From: Vicugna vicugna
Taxonomy: Eukaryota
Length of the DNA: 64,000 bases
Direction of reading: 5' to 3'
NCBI GenBank assembly: GCA_013265495.1
Contig: MU061578.1
Coordinates: 1,435,308 to 1,499,307, forward strand
The position numbers were made by a program, and so were the translations under genes. Positions within the stretch are counted from its first letter, which is position 1. Each line of letters begins with the position of its first letter. Below the pieces are notes generated by a model. It saw nothing but the letters and a program-made list of their open reading frames with translations. It was not told where the DNA came from and searched no databases. Shown here one piece after another: positions 26,216 through 37,618 of the stretch.

Positions 26216-28064
26216 GAATCCTGATTCCCCTTTCACCTTTATATACAACAGAAAGTGGGAACAAATATTAGCAGGTGCTAATGCTGTCTTCCAGGCTCTA
26301 CAAACAACTGTCCTTAAAAAATGTTTACAATTTGTTTTTTGCTTAAAGACATGAAGTATTCATCGATGGGTGATTTAGAGAATCAAGACCTAAACAGCCA
26401 AAGAAAGCAGCATATCACTTACTGTATATGCATATATTTTCCTAAGGGAAACAGACTCCTACTATCATTGTTTTAAATTTTAATGGAAAGATCACACTGA
26501 ATTTGGACACCAACCCTCATCAGCAATATGCTGTGTGCCTTTTTCTGCACCAGTGAGGATACTTCTATCATATCACATTAATGACCTTGAAGGCTATGTA
26601 TTTCAAAACCGCCACAAGACCTGATACAAAGTATCTCCTCAACTAAGATTTATTAGGTGATGAACAAATAAACGGATGGGAATTCCAGGGTAGGCTTAAT
26701 CCGTACATGATTTGATCAATCCCTGTTCTAGGCTAGTTGGGCAATTTTCAAGTTTTTTTTTTTTTTTGCTATTATAAACAACCTTGTAATGAACATCCCC
26801 ATTGCCAAACCTCTACACATATTCCTGATGATTTCCTTGGTGACCATTTAGCCAAAGAGAGGGAGTGTGCACGTTAAATCTATTACAGGCTATTAGTGAA
26901 GGGGAAGTTTACGAAAAGGCAGATACAGTGAAAGCAGGTGATAGAGCTGTATCAAACCCTGCATATAGAAGAGGCCCTACCACAGAGATGCTGGGACTCA
27001 TACCCCACGATGGAACGACAGGTGAGCAGAAACCTAAAGTACACGTGCATGCACACACACACACACACACGCGCACACTCGGGGGACTGACACACCTTGA
27101 AATGAAGTTAGTTGTGTAGAGAATGAATTGGCAAGACAGAGGAAGATAATATGAAACTCTGCTGATTCTACTTACTACATTTCAACTTTCCTTCCAGGAG
27201 AATCTAATCTTGCTCCTTGTTTCATAACGGAAAACTGAACCACCAAGAAAGAGAAGACCTATTCTCACAATAATTTGATCAACTCACCCTCCAGAGAGAT
27301 GTTAAGTGAAAGATCCGTTTTCTGGTCAAAAAAAAGCACCACTTCTGCCTCTCTCTGAGCTCTTTCCCTCCCCTCCCTTCACACCCATTACCTTCCAGTC
27401 CATACGTTTTATTAGGAAAAGGTTTCTTATCTCACTCGGGTATAAAACACATCATCTGGAATTTTTCTTTTTTTCTAAGAAGATGTCCCCTCTTTCCCCG
27501 ACCACACGTTTTAAAATGCTTGTGAATCAGGCTCCCTGACAACCAATGCAAGCACTTCATGTAGAGTTTCTTTCCTTTTCAATGAAAAAAAATTATTAGA
27601 CTGATGGTGTATCTGGCTTCTGATGCATTTTAGGATCAAGAACATGTTGTGGTCGCTGGGTGCAGGGCGAGGATGTTTCGGAACACGGCTGCACACCGTT
27701 TTGAATGATATTTAAATTCCTCGAACATATTCCAGGCTGGACTCCCATGTCAATTCATCAGCGCCAAGGCTCTGCCTAACATTTTGCTACAAACTGGGTT
27801 CAATTGTAATTTGTCAACCCTAGCACCCGTTGCTATGACAAATAGCTTCGGTCTGGTTAATCTTTTGAACATAATAGCATTCTGCTACTTTGATAAATCT
27901 ATTATGTTGTGGTTTACATATGCTTTGGGGAAAAATTTTATTCGGGTATTTTACACTAAATTATCTCCAGTCTACGCTAACAAAGCAAGCGGAGGGCTGA
28001 TGCTGATGGTAGCTTCCCAGAGTCTCGATAATGCCCAGTTGCCTTGCATGTCAGACCTCACAGG

Positions 28065-28270
28065 GAGCGGTTAAAAAGCAGTCTCTAAAGTCAAACCATG
28101 CAGTGTCAAATCATGGATTCATTTTTACTTACCTTTGTCTTTTACTGAACTTCCTAAGTCCTGTTTTTCTGTTTTTTGTTTGTTTTAAATAGGAGGGAGG
28201 GTTCAGGGTGATCTTTCATGCAAAGGGCTTAGCACAGTGCCTGGACGTTTTCGCAGTGTTTACACCTTAC
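28065..28270 (+). mobile_element. MIR inside the duplicated unit (second copy ~30409-30614)
   Basis: ggttaaaagcagtctctaaagtcaaac...atgcaaagggcttagcacagtgcctgg. Confidence 0.6.
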
Positions 28271-28959
28271 ATGTAAATGTCAACACAATCCATTTTTCCA
28301 TAACTGCTGAAAAAGTTTCGATTTCGGAAGATTTCTACCGTGGATGCCACAGTAAATAAAACTTGGCAAAGGGTGTTCGCTGCCAGTGGAGGCGGCTGGG
28401 TCCCCGGTCCCTGGGAAGCACCTCCGCGAGCACTGTCATCCAAACCAGGCTGATGTGCCCAAGTGGGACCTTCCTGACCTCCGCTCCCCATCTGAAACTG
28501 GCTGTAAATTGCCCCTCTTGGTCTTAACACACAGGATGTTTCTACTTGGGGAAAGTGCGTCAGCTGCAGTTTTCAGCAATACATTCTCAGTCAATTTCTC
28601 CTTTTGGCAGCTCTGAAAGCATCCAGATGACTTTCAGCATAACAGCTCTGAATAAGGCCACTGGTTAAAAGGAAGGTGGTGGGGAGCTCGAAGGAGACGC
28701 AAACAGTTGCTTTTAATAAAGGGAAAGGAACACTACAAGAAAAGAATTCTCCTGTACTGTATTTATAGCAAAGTGATTAAAAGTTTGAGTTTTTTTTTTT
28801 TTAAGTTCTAATTCCTTACAGCGAAAAGAGCCACACTGCTCCACGATGAAAAATTGAAACAACACGATGCCCCGCTGACTTGCAGATAAATGAAACATCA
28901 AAAAGGGTGGTAAATATTTAAGATGTTCTGACAGGTTATCTTGGCATTAACACATTCCA

Positions 28960-29053
28960 TTTCCTGCCCGCTCCTCTCTCTCTGACTCTCCGAGTCTCTC
29001 TCTTCTTCCTGAATCTCTCTCTGCCCTCTCCCCTTTATCTCTGATTCTCTCCA
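28960..29053. repeat. CT-rich polypyrimidine tract (duplicated at 31304-31397)
   Basis: cctctctctctgactctccgagtctctctcttcttcctgaatctctctctgccctctccc. Confidence 0.8.
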
Positions 29054-30056
29054 AAAGCATCCCATATATAAAACAGATTCCCTAAATATTCAGTGCTATG
29101 TGAACCAATGAAAAAAGATAATTGAGGACAATTTGTAGAGGGAAATGGTCTGTGGGAATTAATGTTGGGGAGGGAGCAGTGAGGGCACAAAGAATGTTTT
29201 AATTTTCCTCATTAAAAAAAAAAGAGCTGAAATGATAAATAAACCACCAGGAAAGGACTTCAGACACTAAATCCTCGACGACAGGTTTTGAAATATAATT
29301 CCCAAGATGGCTTTGCATTCACAAATAAGCTTGGCTTCAATTTAGACGAACTTTTTTTTTTTCCAGGGTAATAATTGTATCCAACACCATTTATGCAATT
29401 TGGATTGAGGTTACTGAGTAGGGCTGGGGGAGGAATCAGCAAAGCATTTCTGGAATCTAATCTAAATAAACCAGGTGAAGATTGTGACCTGAAACCCAGA
29501 GCAGAGGCTCTGGCAAAGCCGGAGCTGCCGAGAGCTGAGTTTTGCAGCCAGTTAATATTCAAAAGAAAACCATCACCGTACGGGGTGGAATGGTCTGTGT
29601 GCACACATCTCAGAATACTTGGGTAAAATTGTGGGTGCCTTTATTTTCCATTCTGAAGGGTGGTGTGTATATTGCATACACTACCCAGCAATCACAGGGT
29701 ACCAGCTGATAAGCGAGCTCCCAGAAAGCATGCAAACGAACACCAAAAGGAGCCGATCCCCTCTCCTTCAGTAATTAAGCATTCGAAACCGGTAAACAGC
29801 TTGGTTGGAATGATTTTATGACAAATGACCAGGAACATATCAACCGTAAAACTCAGCTCGGCAAAAATCCCCCAAGCCCAGGGAGCTCAATCAATGTAGG
29901 GGAAGAAACAGCCTGGGCAGCGGCAGCAGCCTCTCACCCTGCGCCGCATAAATCCAACCAGGCCAGAATTGCTCCACTAACTTTGCCACGAGACACAGAG
30001 ACACACGTGCGTGCGAGGAGGGAGAGAAGGAGGTGGAGGAGGGCGGGCGGGCTCAG

Positions 30057-30183
30057 AAGCCCAGGGAATCAATGTAGGGGAAGAAACAGCCTGGGCAGCG
30101 GCAGCAGCCTCTCACCCTGCGCCGCATAAATCCAACCAGGCCAGAATTGCTCCACTAACTTTGCCACGAGACACAGAACAGAG
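30057..30183 (+). repeat. Templated junction insertion (third copy of 29874-29999)
   Basis: aagcccaggga (=29874-29884), then 29890-29999 (5 nt skipped), then an extra acagag before copy 2 begins. Confidence 0.95.
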
Positions 30184-32400
30184 AAATAGCTTCGGTCTGG
30201 TTAATCTTTTGAACATAATAGCATTCTGCTACTTTGATAAATCTATTATGTTGTGGTTTACATATGCTTTGGGGAAAAATTTTATTCGGGTATTTTACAC
30301 TAAATTATCTCCAGTCTACGCTAACAAAGCAAGCGGAGGGCTGATGCTGATGGTAGCTTCCCAGAGTCTCGATAATGCCCAGTTGCCTTGCATGTCAGAC
30401 CTCACAGGGAGCGGTTAAAAAGCAGTCTCTAAAGTCAAACCATGCAGTGTCAAATCATGGATTCATTTTTACTTACCTTTGTCTTTTACTGAACTTCCTA
30501 AGTCCTGTTTTTCTGTTTTTTGTTTGTTTTAAATAGGAGGGAGGGTTCAGGGTGATCTTTCATGCAAAGGGCTTAGCACAGTGCCTGGACGTTTTCGCAG
30601 TGTTTACACCTTACATGTAAATGTCAACACAATCCATTTTTCCATAACTGCTGAAAAAGTTTCGATTTCGGAAGATTTCTACCGTGGATGCCACAGTAAA
30701 TAAAACTTGGCAAAGGGTGTTCGCTGCCAGTGGAGGCGGCTGGGTCCCCGGTCCCTGGGAAGCACCTCCGCGAGCACTGTCATCCAAACCAGGCTGATGT
30801 GCCCAAGTGGGACCTTCCTGACCTCCGCTCCCCATCTGAAACTGGCTGTAAATTGCCCCTCTTGGTCTTAACACACAGGATGTTTCTACTTGGGGAAAGT
30901 GCGTCAGCTGCAGTTTTCAGCAATACATTCTCAGTCAATTTCTCCTTTTGGCAGCTCTGAAAGCATCCAGATGACTTTCAGCATAACAGCTCTGAATAAG
31001 GCCACTGGTTAAAAGGAAGGTGGTGGGGAGCTCGAAGGAGACGCAAACAGTTGCTTTTAATAAAGGGAAAGGAACACTACAAGAAAAGAATTCTCCTGTA
31101 CTGTATTTATAGCAAAGTGATTAAAAGTTTGAGTTTTTTTTTTTTTAAGTTCTAATTCCTTACAGCGAAAAGAGCCACACTGCTCCACGATGAAAAATTG
31201 AAACAACACGATGCCCCGCTGACTTGCAGATAAATGAAACATCAAAAAGGGTGGTAAATATTTAAGATGTTCTGACAGGTTATCTTGGCATTAACACATT
31301 CCATTTCCTGCCCGCTCCTCTCTCTCTGACTCTCCGAGTCTCTCTCTTCTTCCTGAATCTCTCTCTGCCCTCTCCCCTTTATCTCTGATTCTCTCCAAAA
31401 GCATCCCATATATAAAACAGATTCCCTAAATATTCAGTGCTATGTGAACCAATGAAAAAAGATAATTGAGGACAATTTGTAGAGGGAAATGGTCTGTGGG
31501 AATTAATGTTGGGGAGGGAGCAGTGAGGGCACAAAGAATGTTTTAATTTTCCTCATTAAAAAAAAAAGAGCTGAAATGATAAATAAACCACCAGGAAAGG
31601 ACTTCAGACACTAAATCCTCGACGACAGGTTTTGAAATATAATTCCCAAGATGGCTTTGCATTCACAAATAAGCTTGGCTTCAATTTAGACGAACTTTTT
31701 TTTTTTCCAGGGTAATAATTGTATCCAACACCATTTATGCAATTTGGATTGAGGTTACTGAGTAGGGCTGGGGGAGGAATCAGCAAAGCATTTCTGGAAT
31801 CTAATCTAAATAAACCAGGTGAAGATTGTGACCTGAAACCCAGAGCAGAGGCTCTGGCAAAGCCGGAGCTGCCGAGAGCTGAGTTTTGCAGCCAGTTAAT
31901 ATTCAAAAGAAAACCATCACCGTACGGGGTGGAATGGTCTGTGTGCACACATCTCAGAATACTTGGGTAAAATTGTGGGTGCCTTTATTTTCCATTCTGA
32001 AGGGTGGTGTGTATATTGCATACACTACCCAGCAATCACAGGGTACCAGCTGATAAGCGAGCTCCCAGAAAGCATGCAAACGAACACCAAAAGGAGCCGA
32101 TCCCCTCTCCTTCAGTAATTAAGCATTCGAAACCGGTAAACAGCTTGGTTGGAATGATTTTATGACAAATGACCAGGAACATATCAACCGTAAAACTCAG
32201 CTCGGCAAAAATCCCCCAAGCCCAGGGAGCTCAATCAATGTAGGGGAAGAAACAGCCTGGGCAGCGGCAGCAGCCTCTCACCCTGCGCCGCATAAATCCA
32301 ACCAGGCCAGAATTGCTCCACTAACTTTGCCACGAGACACAGAGACACACGTGCGTGCGAGGAGGGAGAGAAGGAGGTGGAGGAGGGCGGGCGGGCTCAG
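30184..32400 (+). repeat. Tandem segmental duplication, copy 2
   Basis: Matches 27840-30056; continues into unique sequence ggtagggcag at 32401. Confidence 0.98.
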
Positions 32401-32510
32401 GGTAGGGCAGAGGGAAGCAGAGGAAGACAAGAAATGCATTTCTCTTTCTCCCTCTTGGTCTGCTGCTTCTCCGGCTTTGGGGAGCTGATGGAGAGGCCAA
32501 TCGCACTGTT
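32040..32510. promoter_or_regulatory. Candidate promoter/enhancer
   Basis: No recognisable repeat, locally CpG-richer; overlapping GC boxes gggcgggcggg (32385-32395), NF-Y-like ggCCAATcg (32497-32501), HOX/PBX/FOX/GATA-like motifs. Confidence 0.4.
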
Positions 32511-32739
32511 TCTATTAAGGCAGATAAAACAAATATTCAAGGAGAAGAAGAAAACAGGCCAAGAGACATGAAGAAGCAGGGGGTAGAAGGGGAGTCGCGG
32601 GGTGACGGCAAGGTGGCCCTGCTACAAATATGGTCCCTGACGCTTTCCCAAGTGAAAGAATGGATGTGAAATGCGAACACACAATTTTGCACTGTCTGTA
32701 AGCTGTCAGTGTGATCGTTAACTTCCGTACTATACTTTC

Positions 32740-33000
32740 CCAATGTTTTATTATGAGCATTTTCAAACATACAGTAAAGTTGAAATAATTTTACAGCAAA
32801 CACCCATTGCCTCCCGACCCGTGCTGTTAGCACTTTACTATACCTGCCATATCTCAGAACCTTCCATCTATGCCTCTGTCCATCCATCAACCCATCTTAT
32901 TTTCATTGCCTTTCAAAGTCAACTTCTCACATCATCTCCTTTCCCCTACATACTTTTTAGTATGCATGATATTCACTCAAGTTCAGTAATTGCATTTTTC
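32740..33000 (-). mobile_element. Old L1 (L1MC/MD-type) 3' terminal fragment
   Basis: ttttattatgagcattttcaaacatacagtaaagttgaaataattttacagcaaacaccca. Confidence 0.7.
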
Positions 33001-33010
33001 ATGCCACTAC

Positions 33011-33461
33011 TGAAACCGAGTGGGACCCTATGGGGCCTTCCCGGGGCAGACCCCTCCCCCGTGTCCTCTGCTGTGGCTCCTCTCTGAAGTACCCAGATGA
33101 TAATATCTCATTCCCATGTCCTGAGTTTTTCAGATGCTAAAACCCACCACCAAATGGAAGAAATGAGCTACTTGATGATTATGAGCACGGAGCCCCCAGA
33201 CTGTCTGGCCTCAAAGGACTGGTCATCATCAACCAATCCAAGAATTGTGCACAGCTGCTCACAGACCCTGGGATGCCCTGGCCTCAGTGGCCTTTAAAAA
33301 GCCTCAGCTGAAGCCCATCAGAGACTTGGGGATTTACTGGGCACAAGGTACCCGTGTTCTCTTTGCTCCGCCCAGCAATAAACCTCTCTCTGCTCCAAAG
33401 GCCGACATTTTGGTTTGTTTGGCTTCACTGTGCATCAGGCACCCGAACTTGCCTTCAGTCA
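33011..33461 (+). repeat. 5' LTR
   Basis: Starts tgaaaccgag; TATA-like tttaaaaa near 33293; AATAAA at 33377-33382; homologous to 38013-38435. Confidence 0.9.
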
Positions 33462-34069
33462 TGATTCTGTCTAAGCCAGCCTACGAGTCTGTGCCCGTGG
33501 CAGGTCGACCCTGGCCCAGGACGGCCCCCTCCCTGTCCCAGCAGCTGTGAGAGCTCACTTGGCCCAGGGGAGCCAGGAGGCACTCCCCGACAGGCGCTGG
33601 CCGCCCAGGTCCGAGGCTGTTTGGGGCCGAAAAACGTCCGGAGCTGTGTCCACATTCGGTGTCGCCTGGGTGGTGAGTGGCGCCTGCTTGTGCAGGCTGG
33701 GAACTCCCCCCGCCCCATCTAGGCTCATTCCCACCGGGGCGGGGGGCCGCTCTGGGCTCCTCGCGAGGCCCATTGTCTTTCCAGAGCCGGGCTGATGCGT
33801 TTGGAGGCCTCCATCTGGGAATGGAAGTGGAATTTTTGGACTACACGTCCTCTGGTTTTCTAAGTCTGTGCAACTGTAGCTTATGTGTTGCCTTTTAGTG
33901 TGTATCGTTTTGGGGTGAGTCACTCTGCCTTGTGTAGGGCAGGAAATTCTACCCACTCCAGCTGGACCTGTTCCCTTCTGGGAAGCGAGCCGTCCTGGGC
34001 TCATTGGGAGCCACTCTGGGTCCATTCTCTTTTAAGAGATCTCCTGTTTGTGGGACCAGGTTTGTTGTT

Positions 34070-34095
34070 TGTGTGCGTGTGTGTGTGTGTGTGTG
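34070..34095. repeat. (TG)n microsatellite in ERV leader
   Basis: Directly visible. Confidence 0.9.
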
Positions 34096-34413
34096 AGTAC
34101 TTACATTGGTCCTCGGTGAGTACCAGGGCTTGCTTGTGATGCCACCAGGGCATCCTTCCCTGCTGTGTTGGTACCACCTGGGGCAGAGCACTCGTAGAGA
34201 TCCTCCCTTGGTCTTTCATTCAGCTTCATCTCTGGCGGAGCGCTGGCGGGGGTTCTCCCCTTTCGGATGGACGGGGTATTGGTGGGGAATCTCCCTTTTG
34301 GGGCTAGGGAACTGTGACCCTGAGAGAGTGTCTGGAATTGTTGTTTGCTTGATATTTGAGAGCGCTGGCCATGAATAGTTTAAGTCTGGGTGATCGACCT
34401 CTGTTTCATCTTA

Positions 34414-34582
34414 TAGCCCCCCTATGGCTTATTTTGCAAAACTGGGAAATCTTCAGCTATGCTCCCATAAATAAAAGAAAATGTTTTTTATTGTAACACT
34501 GTGGGGCTTAGGACTCCCTGAGATCTAGAGAACAATGACCCCTGATGGCTTTGCTATTATATCAAAGTGGGCCTTTTGCAAT
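34414..34582 (+). pseudogene. gag: Decayed retroviral gag matrix remnant
   Basis: Frameshifted translation PLWLILQNWEIF...KRK / FYCNTV resembles class I ERV Gag N-termini (PLxCILxNW...FFCNTAW). Confidence 0.7.
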
Positions 34583-37388
34583 ACAGCTTTTATCTAGGGG
34601 GTGTGTGAGTGTTTTGGCACCTGAGTCCAAATCCTGTTCCCTCTTTCTGGTTTTGCTGAAGGTGAGGCGTGTGAATGTGAGTGAATGATAGATGTATATT
34701 ATTGTCTAGCGGATATTTGGGAACTGGAAAAAAAATCCCTGAAAATAGCCAAGACGGTTGGGTTTTGGAAAAGCAGTGAGAGGAGGAATTTGCATCTTTC
34801 TTCCCCAGCCTTACAAGATGTGAATGGTCTACTTGGGCTCTCAAGAGGGGGAAAAAAAAGAGGTTTTTAAAAAAATTTCAAGTGGAAAAATGGTGAGATT
34901 TCTGTTTTTCTCTTTATGTAAAGCACCAACTTGTAAATGAGCTCTATTTAATTGACTTAAAATTAAGTGCTTAGAAATTAAATGCTTTTAAGAATAAAAT
35001 AAGCTAGACAGAACAGATTACAGGTTCATGTGATCTAGGAAATATTCAATACTGAATTAATACCCGATATTAAGGCTAGCTTAAGCTTGTTGGTATCAGC
35101 GATATAGACATGTCTCTTATTGTACCTCGCTTACTGAAGGTCAATAAATTCATATTGTTTTTGTTGCAGAGTCTGTCAGCAAAAAGAAAAAAATTAATTG
35201 GTAAGATGAAATTCTTATAAGTGAATTAAATGCAAATGAGATAAGAGCTTTTGGGTGAACGCTTTAGGAATAATTATGTTTTAGGAATGTCTGCTTAAAA
35301 ATGATCTCTCCGGATATTTGGTAACTTGAAATTTTAGAGCTATGCTAAATTAAGTTAAAGGGTGGAAGTTTATTGAATAGTTGAATAGCTAGGTTATTCC
35401 CAAACAAAATAAGATACTGACACATTCCCTGGAAACTGAGATTTCTAAGAGTTGAGGGTTCTAATTTAAAGATATTACTAAAGCTACTAGAAGTAAGAAA
35501 GGAAACATTTCAGTATACAGTAGGAAAGTAAGATATGTATTTTGAGTGAGGGGAAAAAAGGTAGGAGGAATGAAATGGCATTTTGCTAAAGGGAAAGAAA
35601 ATGGTTCAGTCTTGGCATTGGTTTTCCTAGATGGGAAAAAAAAAAATAAGGGACAGACTAGTATGGATATCAAAGTTGCGGGAAGTTTGTAGAAAGGGGA
35701 GCCCTGAAAAAGGAGTTCTGTGTATAGTTGGGCTGAACTTAGACTGACTTAATTAGGTGAGTGGATTTTATTATTAAAAGTAGGCTAGTGCAGGACTAGA
35801 TTTAGTTCCTCTCTGTTAAGAGGACAAATTTATTTAGAATGCTTCTGATAACAGAGTGTGTGAAACTTTATGATATGTTTGACATACTTCTTATTAAAGT
35901 TCTTTTGACTTCAGCTAACTTTGGGATGCTTCAGAGGGCCCCTGAGGCATCTCAGAGAGCAATATTTAACTAGGGGTGGTTGGTATGTTAAATTACATGG
36001 GAAGCATTGTCAAGTGAAGGACAGGCCACCTCAGATTACACAGTATGGATAAATGTTGTTAATACAGACATTCCAGAAGTTATACAGAGTTTCTGAAATT
36101 TGGAGATGTGCTGGTATAATGCTATCAGTCACAATGCTGGTTGTTATCCTAGAGCGCCGTGTGTCACAGCGACTTGACTGAACTTCTTTGTCAAGGGCAC
36201 TGTGATGGGACCTTCTGCTCTGCCTTTTTGGGTGTTGTGTCAGTCACCGACAACTAAGCTGATACTTGGCAGGACTGCTTCCTCTTCAAGAGGATTCACA
36301 AAAGGGACTTGCTGACAATGCAGGTTTCTTTTAGGTCATATTGCTGGGCTGGGTAAGATATTTAAGAGGTCTAGTGGAGACGCTGATTTCATGGAACTGT
36401 CAGTAAGGGGGGTTGGTTGTGTGGGGTTGGGTCAACCGATGAATGTGGTTGTATTTTTTTTTTTTTTGGTTTTGTCTGAGATATTACTGGCTTTTGAACT
36501 GTTTTTAATTAAACTGCTTTTTTAGATTAAACGGTTGACCAAATGTTTGTCTCCCTACCAATACTGCCCCCAAAGTTTAGGATAGAGAATTCTCTAATGG
36601 AGCTGTCAGAGCATAACTACTCGTGATGGATAACAATGTTCTAAGTCATTTGCTAAAAGCACACGTACAATGCTTGTGTAACAGTTGGATATAAGTGATA
36701 ACATGTATGGTCTATAAGGTTCTTCCCCGTTAACACACCTCTGAGCCTGTTCACGATATCTGATTAGTCTCCCCACCCCCACCCCATGGGTAACTAGGCA
36801 GATACAAAGGAGGCCTGGCACCGAGGGACACGGCCCGAACCTGGGGCCAGAGCCAGCACCCCAGCATCAAGGGATAGATATTTTGATCAGCAATGCTTTC
36901 TATTGAAAGATTTGTAATCAGATGGGGAAATGATGGAAAAATCTGCACATACAGAGGTATGGGGAAGTCATTCTGGCTCATGCATGGTTTGACTTAAGCT
37001 GTACTGACCAGAGCAGCCTGCTTTATGGCCCCTTGGACATACACTGTACGTGCGCTTTGGCCTTGAGGGCGGAAATGCATTTGAAAGTCAAAAGGGAGTC
37101 GCTGTGGTTCCGATATCCAAGGGAAACTAGGCGGCCTTGGTGGATGTGACTTTGGACGCCTTGCTGCACTGCTGAGGACTCTAACTTTCTGGGCTGTGTC
37201 GTACTGGAGATGCCGCTAGCCGTTCTCAAAGCAGTGTCTGCCGGCAGGTGGCAGCTGTAACATTACAACTGCAAGGTCTCCTCTTGTAACTATTACATTT
37301 TTAGATAATAAAATTGCTTTAGATCAGATGTTAGCAGAAAAAAGGAAACGTGTAGTGGCCAATAGATCTTGTTTGTATATATATAAAT

Positions 37389-37507
37389 TTTATGGTACAC
37401 GCAGGCAATAGGTCACTGGAGTAGATGGACACACAGCAGGGGTTAGAGAAATTAATACCTCTCTGACGTTGAAAGCAGAGGTAACCAGTCACCTATTCCA
37501 ACTGGGA
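37389..37507 (+). repeat. Dispersed copy of 39539-39665 inserted in env
   Basis: Hand alignment gives about 8 substitutions and one 8-bp deletion over ~120 bp. Confidence 0.95.
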
Positions 37508-37510
37508 ATG

Positions 37511-37618
37511 AATATATATATATATATACACACACATACACACACCCTATACATATATATATATATCTCCACCATATATATCCCTCTCTATATATAAATA
37601 GGAGATATATATGTATAT
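37511..37618. repeat. Compound (TA)n/(CA)n tract
   Basis: Directly visible. Confidence 0.9.

Larger units (their letters stand above)
27840..30056 (+). repeat. Tandem segmental duplication, copy 1 (2,217 bp)
   Basis: Matches 30184-32400 at a constant offset of 2344; duplicated ORFs in the track are identical; T13, A10 and T11 homopolymers have the same length in both copies. Confidence 0.98.

Noticed and set aside
28120..28140. Perfect minus-strand donor AAG|GTAAGT
   Set aside because: Lies in a decayed MIR with no convincing matching acceptor.
30011..30418. 135-aa ORF reading through the duplication junction
   Set aside because: GTG start, made of fused non-coding pieces, no recognisable domain; a by-product of the rearrangement.
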